Shown piece by piece: positions 1 through 11,465 of a stretch of DNA of 64,000 nt. The DNA comes from an uncultured Acidobacteriota bacterium (GTDB taxonomy: Bacteria > Acidobacteriota > UBA6911 > RPQK01 > JAPXNP01): assembly GCA_963777605.1 (NCBI GenBank), contig CAVZRV010000013.1, forward strand, positions 128,001-192,000. The letters are read 5' to 3'. The notes beneath the pieces were generated by a model, which worked only from the letters and a program-made list of their open reading frames with translations, had not been told where the DNA came from and ran no database searches. The stretch's first letter is position 1, and each line of letters begins with the position of its first letter. The translations under genes and the position numbers were made by a program.

Positions 1-780
1 CAGTTGAGCGAGCAGCACTGCGGACTGGAGTTCGGAAAGGCGATAGTTGACCGGCATCGCGTAGTGGACGTACCAGGACTCTCCTTCTTTCCGTCCGCAA
101 CTGCGGTACATGATGCAGCGCTCGGCGTAGTCCGGATCATTGGTGGTGATCATGCCGCCTTCCCCGGCGGTCATGGACTTGCTTTCCTGAAAGCTGAAAG
201 TCGCCATGTGGCCAAGCGTCCCGATCTTCCGTCCCCGGTAGACGGCGCCATGGGCATGTGCCGCATCTTCGATTACGCACAGGTTCTTCGGCCGGGCAAT
301 CGCCATGATCCGGTCCATGTCGCAGGCAAATCCGCCAAAGTGAACCGGAATTACCGCTCGGGTCCGATCGGTGATGGCCGACTCGATGGCGGCCGGGTCG
401 ATGCAGTGGTTTTCGTAGAGAGTGTCTACGACCACCGGTACCGCATTGACCTGGAGGACAGCACTGAGCGTGGCAATAAAGGTGAGGGCCGGGACGATCA
501 CCTCGTCGCCGGGACCGATGCCGGCGGCGCGCAACGCTATTTCCAGGGCGACCGTTCCGTTACAGCACGCGATGCCGTAGCGCGCCCCGTGATAGGCCGC
601 AAAACGGTCCTGGAGGAGTTCGGTCTTGGTGCCCGGATCGGCACCCCGCATTCCGGAAAACCAGCGCCGGCTTCGAACGACTTCTTCGAGAAGTTGCAGT
701 TCGCGGTCGTCAAATACCGGCCAGGGGTGAAATGGACGAGTACGGCAGGGAGTGCCTCCGTTGACGGCGAGTTGGCCCAT
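1..780 (-). CDS. DegT/DnrJ/EryC1/StrS family PLP-dependent aminotransferase (3' end runs off the window)
   Basis: Manual translation from ATG at 780 (AGGAGG upstream): MGQLAVNGG...CCNGTVALEIALRAAGIGPGDEVIVPALTFIAT...FSFQESKSMTAGEGG (PLP-lysine motif). Absent from the ORF track; ORF 4..816(+) is its antisense shadow. Confidence 0.9.
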   Translation of the reverse strand, partial: MGQLAVNGGTPCRTRPFHPWPVFDDRELQLLEEVVRSRRWFSGMRGADPGTKTELLQDRFAAYHGARYGIACCNGTVALEIALRAAGIGPGDEVIVPALTFIATLSAVLQVNAVPVVVDTLYENHCIDPAAIESAITDRTRAVIPVHFGGFACDMDRIMAIARPKNLCVIEDAAHAHGAVYRGRKIGTLGHMATFSFQESKSMTAGEGGMITTNDPDYAERCIMYRSCGRKEGESWYVHYAMPVNYRLSELQSAVLLAQL

Positions 781-868
781 TGCTCTCCTCCTTCTTCTCG
801 AATCGACCCGGTTTGACCCGGGAGATTTCAATCGGAATCGCGACCAAGTTGCGCTAGCATACCACCCC

Positions 869-1624
869 GTGGTCTTGAAGAATCGAGGAGAACGGGGGAA
901 ATTGTCAATCATCGTGCCGGTTTTCAACGAGGCCCCGGCGTTGAGGCGTTCTGCGGAACGCCTTTTTGCCGCGCCTTGCCCGGTCGAGCGCGAGTTCGTT
1001 TTCGTCAACGACGGATCAAGCGACGAGAGTCTGGCGATTCTCGCGGAACTCCAGGAAGCGCACCAGGTGCGGATCATTGACCTCGGGAGCAACCAGGGGA
1101 AGGGAAGTGCCGTGCGCAGCGGAATTGACAACGCCTCCGGCGACTGGATCCTGGTTCAGGACGCCGACCTCGAATACGACCCCTGTGACATTCCCCGCCT
1201 CCTCAAACCGATCCTGGACGGCCGGGCGGACGTGGTTTATGGAAGTCGCTTCAAGCGCTCGGGGACTCAGGTTCACAGAACCTTCCACTACTCGGTCAAC
1301 CGGGTGCTGACCTTTCTTTCCAACCTGCTGTCTGGCATCTATCTGACCGACATGGAGACCTGTTACAAGATCTTTCCCCGCGACCTTGTCCAGAGCATGA
1401 ACCTGACCTCGAAGAGGTTCGGGATTGAGGTGGAGGTGACCGCTTACCTGGCCCGAACTTCGGCCCGGATCTCCGAGTTGCCGATCCGTTACGCCCCGAG
1501 AGGGCGACTCCAGGGCAAGAAGATCCGCTGGACCGACGGACTCGCGGCCCTCTACCACCTGGTTCGGTTCAACTTTCGCTCCGACCGGGCCTGTTTCACA
1601 AACCTGCCCGAACGCTATCGCTGA
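869..1624 (+). CDS. Glycosyltransferase family 2 (DPM1/ArnC-like)
   Basis: LSIIVPVFNE, VNDGSSD, NQGKGSA, QDADLEY (DxD), VYGSRF, TDMETCYK motifs. Start uncertain. Confidence 0.88.
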   Translation: MVLKNRGERGKLSIIVPVFNEAPALRRSAERLFAAPCPVEREFVFVNDGSSDESLAILAELQEAHQVRIIDLGSNQGKGSAVRSGIDNASGDWILVQDADLEYDPCDIPRLLKPILDGRADVVYGSRFKRSGTQVHRTFHYSVNRVLTFLSNLLSGIYLTDMETCYKIFPRDLVQSMNLTSKRFGIEVEVTAYLARTSARISELPIRYAPRGRLQGKKIRWTDGLAALYHLVRFNFRSDRACFTNLPERYR

Positions 1625-1627
1625 AGG

Positions 1628-1996
1628 CTATCCAACCTTGACGAGGTCGGTGCCGCAGCTGCACTTCCCGGAAGACTGGGAGATCATTTTGCAGGAGCAA
1701 CTGGGGCCGCACCCGCACGTGTACTTGCCGACCCGACTGAAGGTCCGCGTTCCATCCGGGAACTTGAGATCGACCGTAGTGTCTCCCACTTTCTCGACGG
1801 TCACTTTGGCCAGGTCGGTGCCGCAGTGGCATTTGCCGGGGCGGTTGGAGATCGTTTGACACGGGCAGGATGTCCCGCAACTGCAGGCATATACGGTGTC
1901 GCCGGCTTTGAGGTCCATCTTTCCTTGGGTGGGGCTGGCCGGAAGGGCGATGGTTGCCGCGACGAGAGAACAAAAGACAAGCAGATGCTTCCTCAT
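1628..1996 (-). CDS. Secreted Cys-rich putative heavy-metal-binding protein with two repeats
   Basis: Signal peptide MRKHLLVFCSLVAATIALPA; two copies of Y-x-C-x-CG-x2-C-x-C-x2-IS-x3-GKC-x-CGTDL; AAGGAG RBS. Confidence 0.7.
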   Translation of the reverse strand: MRKHLLVFCSLVAATIALPASPTQGKMDLKAGDTVYACSCGTSCPCQTISNRPGKCHCGTDLAKVTVEKVGDTTVDLKFPDGTRTFSRVGKYTCGCGPSCSCKMISQSSGKCSCGTDLVKVG

Positions 1997-2327
1997 ATGT
2001 TTCTCCTTGTGAGAACCCAGGATCGGGTAGATTGAATAACGTTGTAACCAAGTTAGCACACCTGTAGTAAGGGTGCGAGTTATTGACATTCAGATCTGGT
2101 GGCGGAGCTGCACACGGTGGTGGAGCTGATGCCGGAGGCGGGCACCGCCCGGATAGGGCAAGGCTTCAAAGTTCCGGGTTCCCGTGTATTGCCGCTCGTG
2201 AATGGGCTAGACTGTGTTCTTCGTGACGAGGCTGTGGGCTCCAACTCTCCTTGAGTTCTGGCCGCTTGCCGGGACTGGGAGGTGTCGGAAGGTAATACCA
2301 GGTTTTTGAGAAGGGAAAGTACCTGTC

Positions 2328-5300
2328 ATGAAGCGATTCCCCTGTGTCATCACCCTGTTGGCGTTTGCCTCGGCCCTTTTCATTTCCGGGGCGGCCCGGG
2401 CGGAAATCCAGCCGGCGACGTCCCTCTTTCAGAAACCGACAGTCAACGGGACGCAGATTGTCTTTGAGTACGCCGGCGACCTTTGGCGCGTGTCCCGTGA
2501 CGGGGGTGATGCGGTTCGGTTGACGGTCGGGCCGGGTGCGGAGTCAGGGCCCTTCTTTTCTCCGGACGGCAAGATGATCGCGTTTACCGGGCAATATGAC
2601 GGCAGCACGGACGTCTTTGTGATCCCGACCGAAGGAGGAGTCCCCCAGCGCCTGACCTTCCATCCGGGCACCGATACCGCGGTCGGCTGGACCCCGGACG
2701 GTCAGGTTCTGTTCTCTTCCTCTCGGGCCAGCCAGGGGCCCTATCCTCGATTGTTCGTTGCCCGTCTTGATGGCGGAACTCCCAATCCGCTCCCTCTTCC
2801 AACTGGTGAACGGGGATCTTACTCGCCCGACGGGACCCGGATCGCCTATGAACCGCTCGCGCAGTGGCAACCCGAGTGGAAGCGGTACCGGGGCGGCCAG
2901 ACTGACAAGATCTGGATCGCACGTCTGAGTGATTCGTCGGTCGAGATGATCCCAAGGGAGAACTCCAACGACCGTTACCCCATGTGGGTCGGCGACACCG
3001 TCTACTTCGTGTCCGATCGCGACGGCCTCTATTCGCTGTTCGCCTACGACGTGAATTCGAATCGTGTGACCCGGGTGCTGAAAGACGGCGACATGGACGT
3101 CAAGTCGGCAAACGCATGGCGAGGCGATGCGTCGAGCAAACCCGCAATTGTCTACGAACAGTTCGGGACGATTCATCTCTTCGATCCGGCCTCGGGGAAG
3201 GCGAGCAAGGTGAACATTCGCGTTGCCGCCGATCTTCTTGCTGTCCGGCCCCGGCTCGAAAAAGTTGGAAGCCGGATATACAGCGCCGGTGTCTCTCCGA
3301 CCGGCGTCCGGGCGGTTTTTGGGGCCCGGGGGGAGATCGTCACGGTGCCGGCGGAAAAGGGGGATCCGAGGAACATCACCAATACTCCCGGCGTGAATGA
3401 ACGTGACCCCGCGTGGTCGCCCGACGGGAAGTGGATTGCTTACTTCAGCGATGAGAGCGGAGAGTACGCGCTCCACGTCCGTGACCAGATGGGAAGGGAA
3501 GCGGCCCGGAAGTTCCCGCTCCCCGCGACCTTCTACTACTCTCCTGTCTGGTCTCCCGACAGCAGGAAGATCGCCTTCACCAATAAGAAGCTGGAGCTCT
3601 GGTACCTGGTCGTTGACGGGGGAGAGCCGGTCCGGGTGGACAGGAACCCTCTTGGGATCAACGAGGACATTCTCGATCCGGTCTGGTCTCCGGACAGCCG
3701 CTGGATCGGCTACATCCGGCACCTGGACAACCGTCTCAGGGCGGTTTTCCTGTACTCGCTCGAGACCGGTACGGCAACCCAGTTGACCGACGGGATGAGT
3801 GACGCCCGGTACGTGGCCTTCGATCGGGGCGGCAAGTACCTTTATTTCACGGCGAGCACCAACCTTGGTCCTGGATTCAGCTTTGCCGAAATGTCGACCT
3901 TTCCGTTCCAGTCCTCGCGTAGCGTCTACGCAGCCGTTCTGCGCGACGACATTCCGTCTCCGATGGCTCCTGAAAGCGACGATGAGAACGCCGAGAAGGC
4001 GGACGGGAAGAAGACTGGACGGGAAGAAGGACAAAGAAAAGGAAACCGGAGACAAGCCATCCGAGAGTGATTCCAAGACCGGGCAGAAGGGGGATTCGGA
4101 GAAGTCTTCCGGGCAGGAGGGCGTTGAGCCGATCCGCGTGGATCTGGACGGGATCGGCCAGCGGATCCTGGCTCTTCCGATTCCGTCCCTGCACTACGTG
4201 GGCATCGAAGCGGCCCAGGAAGGAGAGCTCTACCTGCTGGAACTCCCGCCCAGAGGACCGGGTGATCCCGAGGGGCCCCAGGGGCTCGCACTGCACAAGT
4301 TCGATCTCAAGAAGCGCAAGGTGGACGAGGTAACCGACGGCCTGAGTGCCTTTGAGATTTCCTCCGACGGCAAGTCTGCTCTTTACCGGAAAGGTGGGGG
4401 AAGGGGCGGGAGCTGGTATCTGTCGGCTCTTTCGGCGTTGTCCAAGGGCGGCAACGCCGGTGCGGGCAATGGCGCCCACGCGCTGAAGGTCTCGGATATT
4501 TCGATCGAAGTCGATCCGGTCGCGGAGTGGAAGCAGATGTACCACGAAGTCTGGCGGGGCGAACGGGATTTCTTCTACGATCCCAACCTGCACGGGCTCG
4601 ACCTCGCGGCGACCGAGAAGGAGTATGCCCGCTACCTCGGGTCGGTCGCGCATCGGAACGACCTCAACTACCTTTTCACCGAGATGCTCAACCAGTTGAC
4701 GGTGGGGCACATGTTCATCCGGGGCGGGGACATTCCCGACCCCGAGTTCATCCCGGGCGGATTGCTGGGCTGTGACTACGAAGTGGCTAACGGGCGATAT
4801 CGCTTTTCCAAGATCTACAACGGGGAGAACTGGAATCCCGACCTGACGGCTCCCCTGACCCAGCCGGGCATCAACGTGAACGCCGGCGAGTACCTGCTGG
4901 CTGTTGACGGGAAGCAGGTTCAGGCGACCGACAATGTTTTCGGCTTTTTCGAAGGGAAGGCAGGCAAGCAGGTTCTGATTCGGGTTGGGCCCAATGCGGA
5001 CGGTAGCGATGCCCGCGACGTGGTCGTGGTTCCGGTGCGGAGCGAAGCGGGCCTGCGCAACCGCGACTGGATCGAAGGAAACCGGCGCCGGGTCGACGAA
5101 CTGAGCGGCGGCCGGCTCGCCTATGTCTACGTTCCCAACACGTCCACGGCTGGGTACGACAGTTTCAACCGCTACTTTTTCTCCCAGACTCAAAAGGAGG
5201 GCGCGGTTATCGACGAGCGTTTCAACCAGGGGGGAGCCCTGGCCGACTACATCGTCGACTACCTGACCCAGCCGATCCTCAACATGATCTACTTCCGTGA

Positions 5301-5715
5301 AGGACGGGACATCCCAACCCCGCTCGGCGCGATCTATGGTCCGAAAGCGATGATCATCAACGAAATGGCCGGGTCCGGCGGAGACGCACTCCCCTGGTAT
5401 TTCAGAAAGAGAAGCGTCGGACCGCTGGTGGGCAAGCGAACCTGGGGCGGCCTGATTGCGTCGTTCCCCGCTCCGCAGTTGATGGACGGTGGTTCCGTGA
5501 CGGCGCCCGATGCCGCCATCTACGGTCTCGATGGCCATTGGGAAGTCGAGAACGTCGGCGTCCCGCCGGACATCGAAGTCGAGTTCGATCCGGCAGCCTG
5601 GAGGCAGGGCAAAGATCCCCAACTTGAGCGTGCGGTCTCAGAGGTCCTGGAGGCGCTCGAAAAGAATCCGCCGAAGAAGTATCAGCGACCGCCGTTTCCC
5701 AACTACCACAAGTAG
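2328..5715 (+). CDS. Tricorn protease homolog (peptidase S41) split by one frameshift near 4015
   Basis: Signal peptide and SPDG-type beta-propeller repeats (2328..4070), then a PDZ-like region and S41 motifs DERFNQGG, AGSGGD, GKRTWGG (3799..5715). Removing one base near 4016 joins the frames (DGKK-TDGKK-DKEK). Confidence 0.88.
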
Positions 5716-5787
5716 GCGGTAGGATAAGCATCCCTGCTTGTTTCCGTGACCGAAGCCGGAGACTGGAGACTGGACAAGGCCGGAGTT

Positions 5788-5822
5788 TGGTTCCTGGTTC
5801 CTGGTTCCTGGTTCCTGGTTCT
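5788..5822 (+). repeat. Heptamer tandem repeat (TGGTTCC)x5
   Basis: Seen directly; related tracts at about 59654, 59850, 61172 and 40731, and a CTGAATT-type tract at 25531-25565. Confidence 0.9.
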
Positions 5823-5909
5823 TGGGGATTTTGGACTGCGAGTTCAATCGGTTGGCTCCAAACACAGAGCCGGGGGTAAGGCAAAGCCGCGCCCCCGGGT
5901 TCGCCGAAT

Positions 5910-6160
5910 TCACCACAACCCTGGCACGAGGCGATACCGGACCCGCTCGGCATAATCGGAAAACCCGGGAAGTTCCCGCTGCAGGAGCCGATCTTCCAGG
6001 GACGTTCGAACCAGGAGGGTCACCAGCGTTGCCGCGATCGGGAGAAAAGCCCAAACCGAGTTCAACAGAATCGGCATCGCGGCGATGGCGAGCCCGAACC
6101 CGACGTAGCCCGGATGGCGGACCCACTGGTAGCGTTCATCCAGTCCAAGTTTCTTCGTCA
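5910..6160 (-). pseudogene. C-terminal fragment of an isoprenylcysteine carboxyl methyltransferase/PEMT family protein
   Basis: YQWVRHPGYVG, RTSLEDRLLQRELPGFSDYAERVRYRLVPGLW; N-terminal TM region missing. Confidence 0.7.
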
Positions 6161-6259
6161 TGAGATCGCTCCCACGGCCCCGTTTGGTCCAATCCGAACG
6201 GACCTGCGGGGCAACTGGCAACAAGTCATGGATAGCTCCCTTTTGACTCTTTGTCTAGA

Positions 6260-7728
6260 ATGCGAGCGATGTTGAAGTTGGGAGAGTGGGCGCTGCTGCT
6301 GGGGGTGCTCGTGGCCGGAACGGTCCACGTGCGCGGAGAATCTCAAGCGGTCGTCGTTCCGAATGCTTGCCTGCAGGATTCTGCGCAGGCCAAGCCGAAC
6401 CCGGAGTTGGCCGGTGACCCGGGATCGCCCGGGTCTCTGCCCGAATCAGAAGGCCCGGCCGAGGAGACCGGGTCCGAGGAATCTTCTCCAGCGGCAAACA
6501 AGGGTGCAGGGCCGACGTTCCGTTCTCTGGAGTTTCACGGGTTTCTCGACAGTGTCATGCATTTCGAGGAACTCCGGGAGAAGCAGCGCGAGTGGTGGCT
6601 CAACACCAACCGGGCTACGTTCCGTACCTTTGCCACCGTCAACGAGCACCTCGATTTCAAGGTCGGAGTCGTCGGGCGAATGCTGATCGGAACGAAAACG
6701 TTGGACTACGTTCCGTTCATGCCCTGGCACGTTCGGGACGAGTTGATCCCCGACGACCCGGTGAGTGGAAGGCCCGGGACTGGCGATTACCTGGTTGGTC
6801 AAGCCGAAGGGGATCTCTACGTTCAGGAAGCCTACGGAAACGTCAACGCGGGCCGGCTTTTCTTTCGATTGGGGCGTCAGAAGATTGAGACGGGAGTCGG
6901 TTATTCGTATGATCCCACCGATCTTCTCAACCGGAAGAACCCGCTCGACCCGACCTATGAGCCGGACGGATTCGACGCCGCCCGCGTCGGGTTCCGGCTG
7001 TCGTCGGAGTCTGATTTTCAGGTGCTGGTGGTGCCCCGAGGGATTCCCGCGTACCTGGCCCGGTTGGAGAACCGGGCGGAGTCCGGCAAGTTGGCACTTC
7101 AGTTCACGTCGGTGGCAAGGCCCCGGGTGAACTGGAACGCCATGAACACATCCTGCGGGTCTTGACCGTCTGTGGGAGGGGGCCTCAGTCTCCGACTTCG
7201 AGTCCGACTACCGGTGGAACCAGGTTTCGGGAGAGTTCGTCCGCGAAATTCAGGGGACACAAATTTACGGAGAGGCCGGGATCGCGTTCATCCAGGACCG
7301 GCCCGGAAACGATGTCCCGCCCGAATTCATTCGCAACCATCTGCGCTTCCTGGCGGGAGTCGAGCGCACGTTTGAGTCACGTCTCCGTTTGATTCTCGAG
7401 TACATGCGGCAGGGTGACGGGCGGCCCGGGGGCGTTCCGATCGACCTGAACGACATGATGGCGTTCAATGTCGGGGAAACCCTGGCGGCCGACCGGGACA
7501 GTCTCTACGGTGAGGTCTCCTACCCGGTTGCCCGAAAAACCGAGCTGACCTTCAAGTCGCTGGCCGTTCTCAACCACGCAGCCGTCTTCGTCAATCCCTG
7601 GCTCAACTTCGACCTGCGCAGCAACCTGAGGTTGTCGGTCTCCGTCTACAAGTTCTTCGGAACAGCCGGAAGTTCGTACGAAGACGTCGGGATCGGGAGC
7701 CTACGGCGAACTGAGGGCGAGTTTCTGA
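6260..7728 (+). CDS. Putative outer-membrane beta-barrel protein, two frameshifts (about 7150 and 7695)
   Basis: Signal peptide, YVQEAY..FRLGRQKI..G..Y.PTDLLN pattern; correcting two single-base shifts gives one frame ending YGELRASF-stop (C-terminal Phe). Confidence 0.6.
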
Positions 7729-7914
7729 TGGAGTTCCGCCCGCGATCCCTCCTTTGTGTGTCGATATCTTGAATTAATCCTACACATTTAGGATTAAGGG
7801 AGTTAATATAGCCCCCTACTTCGTTTGTCAAAGAAGTATATTCGCATGATCCGGTCCCGCATTCAGGCGCGCCGCGGCTGTCACGGCCACGATCAGCGAA
7901 GCGAGGAGGTAGCG

Positions 7915-10900
7915 ATGTTAAGAAGCTACGGCATTCCTCCCATCCGCCTTGAGTCCCTCTGTCGAATCCTTTTGGTTGCAGCTGTTGGCCTGGCTGGAGT
8001 TGGGGGGCTTCATGCTGCCGACTGGTGGGTTCCCATTGGGCCCCCGGGTGCTCTGGTGACCGATCTCGCCACGGCGACAGAACCCGTGCCCGTTCTCTAT
8101 GCTTCCACGGTGAGAATCCCGTTTGTCACTGGTTCTCCCGTGAAAATCAGCGGCAGCCCGTTCTACCGAAGCTTCGATGGGGGAGAGCACTGGCTCGGGG
8201 GAAGGCTGGCGGCTCGAGACGCCACCTCGGTTGCGGTCGATCCCACGGACGGTTCCATCGTCTACCTGGGAACCAGTCACGCCGGCGTTTTCCGCAGCGC
8301 TGATTTCGGGGAGACCTGGACGGAAGTCAACAACGGTCTTCCGGGCGGGACAATCATATCGGTCGTTGTGGACCCGGCTCGTTCCGCGATTGTGTATGCC
8401 TTGATCTACAATCACGGACTTTTTCGAAGTACCAATGGCGGACTGGACTGGGTGCCTCTCAGCGCCGGACTGCCGAACCTCACGCTCCAAGACTTGGCGA
8501 TTCGCCCCGACTTGCCTTCGACACTCTTCCTGGCCACTTCAGGTGAACCCCTTGTCAGTTTCGATTCGGGCGCCACCTGGACCCCCCGGGGCCCCTTCGG
8601 CGTCGAGCGACTCGCGTTCAATCCCGCCTCCCCCGAAACGGTCTATGCGGCCGGCAAAGAATTGGGCGTCTGCCGCAGTCCGGACCTGGGCGAAACTTGG
8701 AGCTGCTCAACGGACGGCCTGGGTGCTGCCCAGTTCTCCGACCTGGCCGCCGATCCGAATTCGCCCCAGACTCTTTTCGCCGCGTCGTCGGCCGGTCTCT
8801 ACCGGTCTGCGGATGCCGGTGAAAGCTGGGAAGCGGTGAACTCGGGGATTTACGGTCGCAACCCCCAGGCCCTGGTTTGGGATCCGGCCGACAACTCGTC
8901 CCTGTTTGTGGGTATTTTGGGTGGGGTTTTCAAGTCGGCAGACAACGGTGACCACTGGACCGCCTGCAACCGGGGTTTCCAGGGGCTCGGAGTCGATGCC
9001 GTCGGCTTCTTATCCCCTTCAATCCTGCTCGCAGGTACGGAGGCGGGTATTTTTCGCAGCCCCGACTTGGGTGTGTCCTGGGACGCTGCCTTAACCGGGC
9101 TTCCGATTCGTCAAATTTCGGTCGATCCTTCCAGGCCGGGCAGTGTCTATGCGTACGGGGAAGGCCTGTGGCGCAGCACGGATTCGGGATCGTCCTGGGC
9201 TCCCATCGAGTCGGCAACGCAGATTGCGGGAGTGAGCGATGTGGCCGTCGATCCTATTCACGCCGGTAGCATCTATCTGGCAACCCACGGTTCGGGGGTG
9301 TTCCGGAGCCTCGATGGCGGTGAAACCTGGGCGCCTTCAAACGAAGGCCTGACGGTCCTCTGGATCGACCGATTGGCCTTCGATCCCGAGCATCCCGGGA
9401 CGCTTTGGGCGGCCACCAACGGTGGCGGAATCTTTCACTCGGAGGATCAGGGAGAGAGCTGGACCGCCTTCCTTCCACCCGAGGAAAACCTGTGCCCTAC
9501 CACCGAACTGATCGTGGCAGATTCCAACCTCTACACCGTACACTGCGGGGGCTACCTCCAGTGGAACTGGCCCCATTTCAATTCTGGTTCTCCCGGCGGC
9601 TGGGATCTCCTGGGCTTGAATGACGGTGCCTACGTCTTCCGGGCTGCAATCGATCGGGCGAACTCTTCAGTGTTGTACGCGGGCGGTTATCGGCAGCTCG
9701 ATTTTGGTGACATTGGCGAGCTCACTCGGCCCAGTGTCTGGAAAATCAAGGGTGCCGGAGGGGACCCCGAGTCCCTCGACCTGGAATTGTTGGATGCAGG
9801 TCTACCTGGTCCGGGAACGGCGCTGTCGCTGTCGCAAGGAAGCGTGATGACGGTTCTGCCTCTCGAAACCCCCGTCCCCCTGTTTGGTACGCCAGACGGC
9901 TTGTTCGCCCTGCGCGAAGTTGGCGTTGAACGCGTGTTTGCCCAGTTTGGCTACGGCGAGAACGAGTTGAGCAGCCGGCTTCTCCTGTTTAATCCGGACC
10001 CGGCGAACGATGTGCATGTTGCCGGGTTCTTCCGGGATGACGGCGGGGAGGTGCTCCCGGTCGAAGAGGAGAGCGGGCCGATGACGGCGGAAGACCTCGT
10101 AATGGACATTCCCGCCGGCGGATTCAGTTCCTTTCAGACGGCTGGCTCGGGCTCGCTTCGGGTCGGATCTGCTGGAGTCTATTCGACCCTCCCGGTTCAG
10201 GGAGCGATCTTGCTGGACAGCCCCCGGGGAATGGCAGGTGTTGCGGCGGGAGAATCGTCAGCGGGCGGGTTCGTGGCCCCGGTTGAGCGCCATTCGGCCG
10301 GCGGTCTCAACTCCGGAATCGCGGTTGCCGGGCGGGCGAAGTCGGAAACCCGGGTGGATTTGACTCTGCTGGGCGTGGACGGGAGCGAGTTGGCAAGGGC
10401 TCAACTGGTGTTGCCGCCCAACGGCCATCTTGCCCGGTTTATCAACGAGATCGATTGGGATGAAACGGTGGATCTATCAAACTTCCAGGGACTGGTGAAG
10501 GGGCTTCCGACTGACGCGGTGTCGGTGACGGTGATTCAGACGACTTCCGGGGAATATGCGACCATGCCGGTCATCCCCGTAGCCGGCGAATCCGCTCAGC
10601 CGGTCGGGGAGGGAACCACCGAACTCCTGTTCGCCCAATTCGGAAATGGACGTGAAGGCGAAACGAACGTCAGCAGCCAGATCCTGCTGGTCAATCCGAA
10701 CGACCAGTCTGCGGTCACGGCAGAGGTCCTCCTGCTCGACGATCAAGGGCTCCCAATCGCAAGCAGTTCCGTTGGAGCTGGACGAGGGCTCGCGAGCCAG
10801 TTTCTTATCCCGGCGGGAGGAATGGGTGTCCTCCAAACATCCGGTGAAGGCCCGCTGACGACCGGTTCGGTCAAAGTCGTCGCCGACCGGCCGCTTGGAG

Positions 10901-11307
10901 GCGTGGTTCGCTACGGGGGCAGTATCGGGGTCGCTGGAGTCGGGGAAAGTCCAATTTTGACGGACGGTTTCATGGCTCCGGTTAAGACCAGTTCTGAACT
11001 CGAGGTTGATACCGGCTTGGCCCTGATGAATCCGGGGGACGTCCCGCTGGAAGTGTCGATGGAACTTTTCAATGGGGCCGGCTTGAAGCTGGCAACGGTG
11101 GAGTTGTCCGGCGAAAATGCGATCGCCCCGAACGGGCACAAGGCCGTTTTCGTCACCGAACTGGATTGGGCGCCGACCGTAGACTGGACCGCTTTCAACG
11201 GCTACATCCGTGCCACGACATCGGGACCCGTAGCCGCCACAATCCTCCTCGTCCGCCCCAACCAGCTCGCGACCCTCCCCGTTGCCCCGATCCCCGGAGG
11301 TTCCTAA
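7915..11307 (+). CDS. Large secreted BNR/Asp-box (YCF48/sortilin-like) beta-propeller protein with two tandem C-terminal FAQFG domains
   Basis: GAGGAGG RBS; many S-x-D-x-G-x-T/S-W repeats; two ~220-aa repeats starting VFAQFGYG and LFAQFGNG. Confidence 0.8.
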   Translation: MLRSYGIPPIRLESLCRILLVAAVGLAGVGGLHAADWWVPIGPPGALVTDLATATEPVPVLYASTVRIPFVTGSPVKISGSPFYRSFDGGEHWLGGRLAARDATSVAVDPTDGSIVYLGTSHAGVFRSADFGETWTEVNNGLPGGTIISVVVDPARSAIVYALIYNHGLFRSTNGGLDWVPLSAGLPNLTLQDLAIRPDLPSTLFLATSGEPLVSFDSGATWTPRGPFGVERLAFNPASPETVYAAGKELGVCRSPDLGETWSCSTDGLGAAQFSDLAADPNSPQTLFAASSAGLYRSADAGESWEAVNSGIYGRNPQALVWDPADNSSLFVGILGGVFKSADNGDHWTACNRGFQGLGVDAVGFLSPSILLAGTEAGIFRSPDLGVSWDAALTGLPIRQISVDPSRPGSVYAYGEGLWRSTDSGSSWAPIESATQIAGVSDVAVDPIHAGSIYLATHGSGVFRSLDGGETWAPSNEGLTVLWIDRLAFDPEHPGTLWAATNGGGIFHSEDQGESWTAFLPPEENLCPTTELIVADSNLYTVHCGGYLQWNWPHFNSGSPGGWDLLGLNDGAYVFRAAIDRANSSVLYAGGYRQLDFGDIGELTRPSVWKIKGAGGDPESLDLELLDAGLPGPGTALSLSQGSVMTVLPLETPVPLFGTPDGLFALREVGVERVFAQFGYGENELSSRLLLFNPDPANDVHVAGFFRDDGGEVLPVEEESGPMTAEDLVMDIPAGGFSSFQTAGSGSLRVGSAGVYSTLPVQGAILLDSPRGMAGVAAGESSAGGFVAPVERHSAGGLNSGIAVAGRAKSETRVDLTLLGVDGSELARAQLVLPPNGHLARFINEIDWDETVDLSNFQGLVKGLPTDAVSVTVIQTTSGEYATMPVIPVAGESAQPVGEGTTELLFAQFGNGREGETNVSSQILLVNPNDQSAVTAEVLLLDDQGLPIASSSVGAGRGLASQFLIPAGGMGVLQTSGEGPLTTGSVKVVADRPLGGVVRYGGSIGVAGVGESPILTDGFMAPVKTSSELEVDTGLALMNPGDVPLEVSMELFNGAGLKLATVELSGENAIAPNGHKAVFVTELDWAPTVDWTAFNGYIRATTSGPVAATILLVRPNQLATLPVAPIPGGS

Positions 11308-11465
11308 AAGCCGAATGTGGAGTGCGGACAGCGAAAGCTTCCACTCTAGAATTTGCCTGCACGTCCCTGGGTCACCGGAGTCTGGACATCCCTGGATCAG
11401 CGCCGGAGGCACAGCGGAATGATGGATTAGCACCGGAGGCACTGCCAAAATTGGTGGAATCAGCA

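Noticed and set aside
4-816. 270-aa plus-strand ORF
   Set aside because: Antisense shadow of the DegT-family aminotransferase on the minus strand.
2544-5622. Long minus-strand ORFs (510 and 581 aa), and similar ones at 57377..59563, 51306..52523 and 40877..41962
   Set aside because: Antisense shadows of well-supported genes, expected in high-GC DNA.
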